Assembly (NCBI GenBank): GCA_038087875.1
Contig: CM075979.1
Coordinates: forward strand, 86,242,001-86,306,000
Source: Malacoraja senta
Taxonomy: Eukaryota
Direction of reading: 5' to 3'
DNA length: 64,000 nt
Positions 37,857 to 48,612 of this stretch are shown here, in pieces; the stretch's first letter is position 1; the number at the start of each line of letters is the position of its first letter. Both the position numbers and the translations under genes were made by a program. The notes below the pieces were generated by a model. The model ran no database searches, was not told where the DNA came from, and saw only the letters and a program-made list of their open reading frames with translations.

Positions 37857-40680
37857 TTAGGATGGAGAGTGACATTGTTAATTCAGAAACAATGGTTCTG
37901 AACTTAAGGAAAGGTAACTTTGAGGGTATGAGACGTGAATTGGCCAAGATTGACTGGCAATTAATTCTAAAAGGGTTGACGGTGGATATGCAATGGAAGA
38001 CATTTAAAGACTGCATGGATGAACTACAAAAATTGTTCATCCCAGTTTGGCAAAAGAATAAATCAGGGAAGGTAGTGCATCCGTGGATAACAAGGGAAAT
38101 CAGGGATAGTGTCAAAGAGAAGGATGATGCGTACAAATTAGCCAGAAAAAGCAGCATACCGGAGGACTGGGAGAAATTCAGAGACCAGCAGAGGAGGACA
38201 AAGGGCTTAATTAGGAAAGGAAAAATAGATTATGAAAGAAAACTGGCAGGGAACATAAAAACTGACTGCAAAAGTTTTTATAGATATGTGAAAAGAAAGA
38301 GCTTAGTTAAAACAAATGTAGGTCCCTTGCAGTCAGAAACAGGTGAGTTGATCATGGGGAACAAGGATATGGCGGACCAATTGAATAACTACTTTGGTTC
38401 CGTCTTCACTAAGGAAGACATAAATAATCTGCCGGAAATAGCAGGGGACCGCGGGTTAAAGGAGTTGGAGGAATTGAGTGAAATCCAGGTTAGTCGGGAA
38501 GTGGTGTTGGGTAAATTGAATGGATTATTATTATTATTTTTTTAATTTGTATTTTATTAGAAGTGCATTACATTACAACCACATACATTAGTACTTGTCA
38601 TTTATATCTTCTTACAATTAATGTACTCCATTTATTTTTTACACTAGAAAAGGAAAAGATTGAAAGAAAGAAGAAAGTGAAGGAAAAAGTGGAAGTGTAG
38701 GAAATGTGACAACAAAAAAGGACAAAGACCCTATAAGAGCAAAATTAAAAACAAAAGAAAAAGAGTTAAGAAATAGACCCTAGGAAAAAAAGAAAGAGAG
38801 AAAGAGGAAAAAGAGAGAAACAAATATTTTTATGAGCATTATGCAAAATGGACATTCCAACTCTTCAACTATCATCCCCCCCTTACCTGACCTCAATTTT
38901 TATTTTTTTAATTTTTTATTTTTAAAGTACTTTTGCACCTTATGTTTGTAATAATTCTATAAATGCAGACCACGTCAAGTGGAAGTGATCTGGTTTACCT
39001 GCTAGGAGGAGTCTTATCTCTTCTAGGTATAATGTTTCAAACATATTTGAAATCCACATATTTATAGTTGGAAATTGAATGGATTAAAGGCCGATAAATC
39101 CCCAGGGCCAGATAGGCTGCATCCCAGAGTACTTAAGGAAGTAGCTCCAGAAATAGTGGATGCATTAGTAATAATCTTTCAAAACTCTTTAGATTCTGGA
39201 GTAGTTCCTGAGGATTGGCAGGTAGCAAACGTAACCCCACTTTTTAAGGAGGGAGAGAGAAAACGGGGAATTACAGACCAGTTAGTCTAACATTGGTACT
39301 GGGGAAACTGCTAGAGTCAGTTATTAAAGATGGGATAGCAGCACATTTGGAAAGCGGTGAAATCATTGGACAAAGTCAGCATGGATTTACAAAAGGTAAA
39401 TCATGTCTGACGAATCTTATAGAATTTTTCGAGGATGTAACTAGCAGCGTGGATAGGGGAGAACCAGTGGATGTGGTGTATCTGGACTTCCAGAAGGCTT
39501 TCGACAAGGTCCCACATAAGAGATTAGTATACAAACTTAAAGCACATGGCATTGGGGGTTCAGTATTGATGTGGATAGAGAACTGGCTGGCAAACAGGAA
39601 GCAAAGAGTAGGAGTAAACGGGTCCTTTTCACAATGGCAGGCAGTGACTAGTGGGGTACTGCAAGGCTCAGTGCTGGGACCCCAGCTATTTACAATATAT
39701 ATTAATGACCTGGATGAGGGAATTGAAGGCAATATCTCCAAGTTTGCGGATGACACTAAGCTGGGGGGCAGTGTTAGCTGTGAGGAGGATGCTAGGAGAC
39801 TGCAAGGTGACTTGGATAGGCTGGGTGAGTGGGAAAATGTTTGGCAGATGCAGTATAATGTGGATAAATGGGAGGTTATCCATTTTGGTGGCCAAAACAG
39901 GAAAGCAGACTATTATCTAAATGGTGGCCGACTAGGAAAAGGGGAGATGCAGCGAGACCTGGGTGTCATGGTACACCAGTCATTGAAAGTAGGCATGCAG
40001 GTGCAGCAGGCAGTGAAGAAAGCGAATGGTATGTTAGCTTTCATAGCAAAAGGATTTGAGTATAGGAGCAGGGAGGTTTTACTGCAGTTGTACGGGGTCT
40101 TGGTGAGACCACACCTGGAGTATTGCGTACAGTTTTGGTCTCCAAATCTGAGGAAGGACATTATTGCCATAGAGGGAGTGCAGAGAAGGTTCACCAGACT
40201 GATTCCTGGGATGTCAGGACTGTCTTATGAAGAAAGACTGGATAGACTTGGTTTATACTCTCTAGAATTTAGGAGATTGAGAGGTGATCTTATAGAAACT
40301 TACAAAATTCTTAAGGGGTTGGACAGGCTAGATGCAGGAAGATTGCTCCCGATGTTGGGGAAGTCCAGGACAAGGGGTCACAGCTTAAGGATAAGGGGGA
40401 AATCCTTTAAAACCGAGATGAGAAGAACTTTTTTCACACAGAGAGTGGTGAATCTCTGGAACTCTCTGCCACAGAGGGTAGTTGAGGCCAGTTCATTGGC
40501 TATATTTAAGAGGGAGTTAGATGTGGCCCTTGTGGCTAAGGGGATCAGAGGGTATGGAGAGAAGGCAGGTACGGGATACTGAGTTGGATGATCAGCCATG
40601 ATCATATTGAATGGCGGTGCAGGCTCGAAGGGCCGAGTGGCCTACTCCTGCACCTAATTTCTATGTTTCTATGTTTCTAT
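37857..40680 (+). mobile_element. Young 5'-truncated CR1 LINE (ORF2 tether plus RT), interrupted by an L1 fragment and one frameshift
   Basis: ORFs 37775-38545, 39075-39290 and 39293-40582 (429 aa: YLDFQKAFDKV, QGSVLGP, FADD). (CTATGTTT)n tail. Confidence 0.96.
38528..39071 (-). mobile_element. L1-clade LINE 3' fragment nested in CR1
   Basis: 15-bp TSD AAATTGAATGGATTA at 38513-38527 and 39072-39086. Minus strand PTIKMWISNMFETLYLEEIR..TWSAFIELL resembles fish L1 ORF2 C-terminus. A/TAA tail. Confidence 0.8.
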
Positions 40681-40695
40681 TGCCATATACTCAAG

Positions 40696-41027
40696 CATAG
40701 AAAATAGGTGCAGGAATTTCCCATTCGGCCCTTCGAGCCAGCACTGCCATTCAATATGATCATGGCTGTTTGTCTAAAATCAGTACCCCTTTCCTGTTTT
40801 TTCCCCATATTCCTTGATTTTGATAGCCCCAAGAGCTAAATGTAACTCTCTCTTGAAAACATCCAGTGAATTGGCCACTGCCTTCTGTGGCAGAGAATTC
40901 CACAGATTCACAATTCTCTGGGTGAAGAAATGTTGTCCTCATCTCTGTCCTAAATGGTCTACCCCTTATTCTTAAACTGTGACCCCTGGTTCTGGACTCC
41001 TCCAACATCGGGAACATTTTTCCTGCA
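40696..41027 (-). mobile_element. CR1 3' fragment, tail-to-tail with the long CR1
   Basis: AGKMFPMLEESRTRGHSLRIRGRPFRTEMR. Confidence 0.88.
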
Positions 41028-41132
41028 GTTACAGTAAGTGAAAATCTAGCAGGCAAGCAGGATGCTTTCTCCAACCACCCCCATTTGAAGGCCACTATCT
41101 TCCACCGCTTCTACCCAGTGCTTGCTACCTAC

Positions 41133-41363
41133 TTCCAGCAGCCACTGGTTGTCCTCCAGGATGCACCGAGCCGCAGCCTGGTCCATGCCGATCACCGGAG
41201 CGAATTCTGCGCGGAGACTCTGACGGCAGCGACGCAACGCTTCCGACGTCCCGGGACTCTTGCACTGAGGCTGCTCTATGGCCGGAACTGCAGCGAGCGA
41301 CTCGCTAGCCCGGCAAACACTCGCCAGCCCCGGCTCCCCGTCCGCCGTTGCTTCTGCTTCTAT
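41133..41363 (-). pseudogene. TDP2: Captured TDP2 (TTRAP) exon 1, UBA-like N-terminal segment, with splice donor; start codon apparently ATG>ATA
   Basis: RQSLRAEFAPVIGMDQAAARCILEDNQWLLE resembles remembered human TDP2 RRLLCVEFASVASCDAAVAQCFLAENDWEME. Phase-0 donor GAA|GTAGGT at 41132-41127. Frame open from ATA at 41363 (IEAEATADGEPG..). CpG-rich. Confidence 0.78.
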
Positions 41364-41959
41364 CCCTCCCTCCGCCCCGGCTCTCCAACACCCATGACCA
41401 GGTTACTCGGAGCACAGCGGCGCTTCGTCCAAAGCCGGAAACGTTGAAACGTGTCTAGCCAAAAAAGTGGGGGGGGCTGCAGCCCTCCCCCAGTTCCGCG
41501 GCCCACGGTTTGTTAGCTAATATAATTTCCTTTTGAGGTATTTCAATGTGTTTGTCTTTTAGGATATTATCGGGCATATTTATGTTTATCGGAGAGGGTG
41601 GGTTGTGTATTTGGTACAAAGGAGAGGGCCTTGATGTTATCTGCAGGTTTTTTTTATTTGACAAATCTGTGCCCTTGCTCTTCGGGCACAATGAGGACTT
41701 GGTGTATGTGAAACAGCTGTAAAGGGCAATATGCTTTCTGGCGATTACAAAGCATGCTTTTCAAATTTATTTAAGAAATAATATGCAAAAATTTGATATT
41801 TGCCAAGAATCAACATTAAACAAATAAATACTGTCTGAAGAAGTTTGTTTAGTTTATTGTCACGTGTACCAAGGTATAGTGAAAAACTTTTGTTGCATGC
41901 TAACCAGTTAGCAGATAGACAATACATGATTACAATCGATCCATTTACAGTGTATAGGT

Positions 41960-42315
41960 TCAAGTTCGTTCACAATAAATTGCCACATGCTCCAATTAAG
42001 GTACAGTGGAATTTGACTTACTGTGCAGCCATACAATCCAAAAGAGCACAATACATAATAGAATACAACAAGATCATCCACCACAGTGGAATCAACATTC
42101 TTCACTGTGGTGGAAGGCAATAACGTTCAGTCAGTCCTCCTCCTTTGTTAATCTGTGGCCGGGGCCATGAATCCTCCGCAGTCGCCGCTACAGATGGCCC
42201 GATGTACAAGCCCTCTCGTCGGGATGATCGAAACTCCGACATCGGGACGGACGGACACTCCGCGGCTTGGAGGTCCCAAATCGGCCGCTTCCTACCGGAG
42301 ACCGTGGCTTCACGA
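41960..42315 (-). mobile_element. Fragment of a retroposon related to 9196-9996 / 10268-11218
   Basis: Stem-loop CCACCACAGTG..CACTGTGGTGGAAGGCAA. Confidence 0.55.
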
Positions 42316-43029
42316 TATTACGCAGTACTTTTCAGTGTTTTATAAAAAATTATCATAACTTTCCGGCTCTCATTTCATTGCCTGGCCATTGAACGTGAAT
42401 ATCCTGCATCTCTTCACCCACCTTATCCATCTATGCAGCCACGTTTAGGGGATATTTGGATTTGCACGCCATTATTTTTCTGTGTCTCAATACTTTCTGG
42501 TATTCCACCCTGCACTCTATATGTCCAACCCATGTTAGCCCTCACAAAGTGCATGATTTTGCACTTAAGTTAAATTCCATCCACATTTGCTCTATCCAGC
42601 TTATCAACTGATCGATATTGTCATGTAGCCCAAGACTACCCTCGGGGTCAGCAGCACCAATTTTCATGTCATTGACAATCCTGCTAATCATATCTCCTAT
42701 ATTTAAATTTCACATCCCCGCTATTCTATAGGCTGCACCATTGACAATCACTTTAGTTGCCTAATAAAGTGTAACCAAACTAAATAATTATTTCTCCATG
42801 CTTTAGTTTCATTCACTGTGTTTGTTTCCCCAGCAAGTATTTTGACTGTCCATTGAGCTTTATTAATAAACAATCCACTCATTGTGTAAAGTTATAGATA
42901 ATAAACCTGCCTTCCAAGAACACCACACATTATCTTTATGTTGGAAACAGAAATGTTTACATATCTGCTTGCAAATTTACTGATTTGCTGTTGATACAAT
43001 CTTTATTAATGCTTTCTTTCTATTAACAG

Positions 43030-43202
43030 GACCGAAAATTGTCAAAATCAGAAAGGCAGAGGTTTAAAGAAGAAGCTGAAATGTTGAAGGGCTTGCAACA
43101 TCCGAATATAGTCAGATTTTATGATTCTTGGGAATCAACATTAAAAGGAAAGAAATGTATAGTGCTGGTGACTGAACTAATGACGTCCGGTACTCTGAAA
43201 AC
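43030..43202 (+). CDS. WNK1: WNK1 coding exon 2 (173 nt)
   Basis: aacag|GAC CGA: [58 protein letters not shown]. Donor AC|GTAAGT. Confidence 0.97.
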
Positions 43203-45057
43203 GTAAGTGCAGTTTTAAACTGAATTGGCATTTATTACTTCTGATTCATGCATGTTTGACTATTTGCTTGTTATGCACAGCTTGTGTTTAAAAAAGACAT
43301 TTAAATACTGGAAATTCACAGCATATGTAATATTTTTGGTTATGATGAGGAATAATTGTCAGGAACATGTGCTTCTGATAGTGACTGATCTAATGTGTAT
43401 TTTTTCCTGTTTATCTTTAATTACATGTTTTTCTTAGGACAGTTACGCATGTTTTTAAAGATAAATTAAAATTGTTGTAGTTGAACATTGAAACTTTGTA
43501 CATGAATAATAGGATGGATCGCTACTGGTGTAGGTGCCTTGGACGCATTTGAAATGCAAACCACATATTTAAAATACTTGTTAGTCTATCTTGACTGTCT
43601 TGTCTCATTTGCCACTCTTACCCACCGAAGCAATCTATTGATATATTCTTACAGCCTAGAACTTTATTCTGCACTGTTGAGTATACTGCCAAGTTTAGTG
43701 GCATTAGCAAACATTACATCATTGTCCCTATGTTTAAATCCAGGTCATTATGATATATAACCAAAATCATGAGACTCGTTATAGAGTTCCACTGAACTTG
43801 GCAAACACTAAAACTTGCATTAATGTTTTCCTTTGTTTACTCCAACTGAGACAGTTTATTTAAAAAAAAAAAAAAAAAATTAAATGTTCTCGTATGTTTA
43901 TTTTCCCCTAATCAGTCTGCCATGCAGGACCTTGCAATAGACTTTGCAAAAAATACACTGGCATCACAGGCCCTCCATTATTATTTCCTTAAAAATATTA
44001 GAAGCGCACCTGCTTTAAACAAGTAATCTGTCTTACTGCCTCCCTAAATTATAATTTCAATCTGCCAAATCAATCTGTGGTTATTTAACCTGTTCGTTAT
44101 TACTGCACAGAATGAGGCCATCTGGCACATCACGTCCATGCTTGCTCCCAGAAGACTAAATTAATTTGTCCAATTCTCCCTCGTTTTCCTGTACCCCTAC
44201 AATTTTTTTAAATCTCTTAGATGCTCAACAGCCCTTTGATATTTTTCTTATGACAATGTTCTGCATTAGGGATTAATTTTCTTAGGGATGTGGCTGAAAA
44301 CCCACACAATCATGGGGAGAATGTACAAGTCCACACAAAGCTGCAAGGCAAAAGCTTGTACAGTTGCACCAACAGTTGTTTTGAACTCTCTCAATTAAAA
44401 AAAAATGAACATGATAACAGCACATTTTGCCATTTTACAGACCTTTAACAACTTACTTGGAGCCAAACAGGAATTAAAAATGACAGTCGGAATTGACGCT
44501 TATTCCTCTCCTGCTTTTACTTGTGCTTAGACTACATTTTATCTATGCCTATTAATTTATCCAATAGTGGGCCCTTCCTGTGCTGATCCTACCCCATCTG
44601 CTTGCCTGTCTCTTCTCCACCTGCCCCACCCTAATGTTTGAGGGTTTCTTTTCTATCCCTTGAACACGTGCCCAACTTGCCCCTTTCCTTTGCTACTCTA
44701 TCTGGCTGAACACTTGCTTACATTGAACGACTTCATTCCCTTTCTCCAAATTGAAGGCATAGCAATGGGAACTTGCATTGGCTTGTACTATGACTGTATT
44801 TTTCTTGGAATAGAGTCATGTAGCATAGAAACAGGCCCTTCAGCCCAACCCGTCCATGCCGACCAAGATGCCCCATGCCATTTGCCTGCATTTGGCCCAT
44901 TTTCCTCTAAATCATTCCTATACATGTACCTGTCCAAGTGTTTTTTAAATGCTGTTATAGTACCTGCGTCAACTACCTGCTGTGGCAGCTATTCCATGTA
45001 CCATCACCCTCTAAGTGAAAATGTTAGCCCTCCGATTCATATTAAATTGGAAGGTTT

Positions 45058-45300
45058 GGGTGCTGTGGCGCAGTGGTAGAGTTGCTGCCTCACAGCGCCA
45101 GAGACCCAGGTTTGATCCTGACTACTGGTGCTGTCTGTATGGATTTTGTACGTTCCCCCCGTAACCACGTGGGTTTACGGTTACCTCCCACATTCCAAAG
45201 ACGTACAGGTTTGTAGGTTAATTTACTTTGGTAAAGATTGTAAATTGTCCCTAGTTTGTAGGATAGTGCTAGTGTAACAGGGATCGCTGGTTGGCTGGTT
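45058..45300 (+). mobile_element. tRNA-derived V-SINE (HE1-like)
   Basis: A box TGGCGCAGTGG, B box GGTTTGATCC, central ctcccacattccaaagacgt domain. Confidence 0.8.
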
Positions 45301-46269
45301 ACCTTTTTAACAACCATGTCTAACTGAAAATTCAATTCAATTTGCCACTTTTATGCTCGCCAAGCCAGTCCATTAATTGTTCACTCATTTAAGATCAATC
45401 TAGCTGTTGAATAGTTTACTCAATGTCAATTAAGGTTGGGGCTCCACAAACATTTTGAAGGCCTCCATGGTGCCCTCTTGTGGATTATTCAATAGTACAT
45501 GCCCGGCATATAATTTGGACAATTCAGTGATTATTAAACATAAGCATCTTTTTCTAATCAGTGACAAATATCTTCGTGCCACAATACCGTTTGGTTGAAT
45601 TGCCTATAATTTGACAATATGATGCAATTTTCCCATGATTTTTTTTCCATTACTGTAAAATGTTGAGTTCGTAATATTTCTTGCCAATATTTCATTTACC
45701 TCTGATTTTGGTTCTAGTCCTGCAGGTTTATGCCACCTCAGCTGCAAAAGCAGTACTCATAATACCATTGGGCATCTTTAAGGGGTATGTGAACCCACAA
45801 CACCAAATCAGCCAGTTTGTATTAATGATATAAACAAAGAATTGCACCATTTCTTAACAAAATCTTTTTTAAAACACTTTAAAAAAAAATCTTTTCCTCT
45901 TTGATCTGTTGGTGATCTGCCCTCATGACATTTTGACAATTTTTTAATGGTTCTCAAATGAAACAATTTGGAATTGTGTAAATGCACATTGTAGGGATGG
46001 ATTTAAAACCCCTGATTTAGTTTGCCAGTGTTTGTCATTGGTATGCTGAGGCATACATTTAAGAAAGCAAATGGCAAGTGTTGAGAAATTAGTCCAGACC
46101 CATATCTGGCTTTTGCATTATTTCTCTACCACTTGTTTAAGAACTACGTGCATTCAAGTCCATTCTCTCAAGATGTTATTATTCATTATGAATATGCAAT
46201 AAAAATATTGCTTAGTGCATAGGTACATCTGGTCTGGAATTGGTGAGGGGAGGCTGCATCGGGGAGGGA

Positions 46270-47072
46270 AGCTGAATACAGAGGTGCAGTCAACGACTTT
46301 GTTGAGTGGTGTGGTCTGAATCACCTGCAGCTCAACACCGACAAGACTAAGGAGTTGGTGGTGGACTTTAGGAGGAGAGGAACACCCCTGTCTTCATCAA
46401 TGGTGTGGATGTGCAGTTTACCAGGTTGCACAATTACTTGGGAGTGTACCTGGACAGTGAACTGGACTGATCCAAGAACGATGAGGCCCTGTACAAGAAG
46501 GGACAAAGCCGCCTTTCCTTTTTGAGAAAACTCCACACGTTCAACGTCTGCAGTGAGATGCCGAAAATGTTCTACCAATCGGTGGTAGCCAGTGCCATCT
46601 ATGCTGACGTGTGCTGGGGCAGCAGGGCAAAGGCTGCGGACGCCGATAGGATCAACACTCATCAAGAAGGCTGCTCCGTCCTGGGGGCGGAGTTGCTTTC
46701 TTGGAAGGTGGTCTTGGAGGGGAGGATGCTCCTTAAACTGCGGAGCATCCTGGACAATACAGCTCACCCCCTGCATGACACACTGGTCAACCTAAGGAGT
46801 ACCTTCAACAACAGACTGGTTCAACCAAGATGCAGGACAGAATGCCACAGGAGATCCTTCTTCCCTGTGGCTATCAAACTTTACAACTCCTCCCCTTCTG
46901 TCGAGGGGTAGACTGAGACTGACCCACCCCCACCACCTCCTCAATCTTTGCCCATCCCCAAAGCCTTACCACTCATCACTTTATTTTCATGTTTCATGTA
47001 TTTTGTATGTTTTATGGCTGTTGGCAAATTAATTTCCCTCCTGAGATAAATAGTTCCATCGTATCATATCGA
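46270..47072 (+). mobile_element. Rex1-type LINE 3' fragment
   Basis: HLQLNTDKTKELVVDFRR, KKGQSRL, ILDNTAHPLH, RRSFFPVAIKLYN. Confidence 0.85.
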
Positions 47073-47168
47073 ATACTAACATATGAGAACTAAATTATAG
47101 GTGCTTGAGCATGTAAGATCAGCTTATTTAGTGTAGCAGTTTCCTTAGATACACTATTTTCATTGCAG

Positions 47169-47389
47169 ATACTTGAAAAGGTTTAAGGTGATGAAAATCA
47201 AGGTGCTTCGAAGTTGGTGCCGTCAGATTTTGAAAGGGCTCCATTTTCTACATACCCGCACCCCACCCATCATCCACAGGGATTTGAAGTGTGACAACAT
47301 CTTCATTACAGGCCCTACCGGATCAGTTAAAGTTGGCGATCTTGGCCTTGCTACGTTAAAAAGGGCATCATTTGCAAAAAGTGTAATAG
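47169..47389 (+). CDS. WNK1: WNK1 coding exon 3 (221 nt; catalytic loop and DLG)
   Basis: ttgcag|A TAC: [73 protein letters not shown]. Donor G|GTAAGT. Phases agree with exons 2 and 4. Confidence 0.97.
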
Positions 47390-48444
47390 GTAAGTTGCTT
47401 GTTATCAAGTGAAGGTTATTTTTTATTAGTGGTGGTTTTGGAATATAATAGCAGAAGCAAAATGGTTTTACTGAAGTGACTGATAGAGGTGACTGCATTG
47501 ATGAAAATTCAGGAAATAAAACTGTTTTGTTACTGTTTGATTAAAAAAAACAAAAACCTGAAGGTAGCTGCAAATTGGAACTAGCACACGGTATTGTATT
47601 CTGTGGCATTTTATTTTGTCTGGTTGCTCTGATGAGCCATCTTTACTCAATTTTCTGTATTCCAAGTATTTTCAACTGTAGGACGTCTAATTTCCCCAGC
47701 TGCAGTAGACGTAAAAGTACTGCAGTTGAACGGTAAGTGCTATAGAAAAAGATGTGGTGAGTTGCCTTTCTAACGATTTGGAGATCAAGATTATTGAATG
47801 CCTACATTTTGTGTTCATGCAATAGTTTTCATTTGCAAGGCAATTTTGTATCTGGTTGGAGTGTACTAAACATAGTTGGTCAGATTTGCTATAGATTATC
47901 TTGATTAACTGTGTTTTCCTTGAAATATACTGATGGATTTCATTTCAATTGATGGAAACTGAATAATCTACAAAGGAAACTTAAACTCTGCCCAAAGAAA
48001 AAGTTTAACTCATTGTTTTTGTTACACTGCAATTTAAGTTGGGTATCAACAACATTTAAAACAATTTTATTACATGAAATAACGTGCACTTGCACTTCAG
48101 GTTGGCTGTTTCTCCATTTTAAGATGAGGCAGATAAAAGAGGTAATTATTCTGCACATGATATCATTCAAGTTGCAAGGAAATTTAAACTTTGAGACATT
48201 TACTTTCTGGTTTAGCGACTGCAGAATATTAATTCATCCCAACTTGGTTCAGTCCTCCATGCTGGCTACCTTGCAGTTAAAACCTTTGTGATGGTGTGTT
48301 GCTGAGTAACTGAGAAGGGCTCTCCTTCGCCTCCACTTTGTCTTTCCCCACAGGTTATCGTCAACATCATCGTCTTCCATCGGTGAGTACCGACAGCCTC
48401 TACTCACTGAGTCTGTTAGAGTCTGAAACATTCTTTTAATTTAA

Positions 48445-48612
<168 letters not shown>

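Larger units (their letters stand above)
36627..41507. mobile_element. Putative composite TIR (hAT-like, 5-bp TSD) element with nested CR1/L1 and TDP2 cargo
   Basis: Imperfect TIRs CAGGGGCCACGGAGC versus revcomp CGTGGGCCGCGGAAC (11/15). GTTTG directly flanks both ends (36622-36626, 41508-41512). AAGTGGGGGG subterminal motif at both ends. Confidence 0.55.

Noticed and set aside
39293-40582. 429-aa ORF as a domesticated or active gene
   Set aside because: It is the RT part of a 5'-truncated, L1-interrupted, frameshifted CR1.
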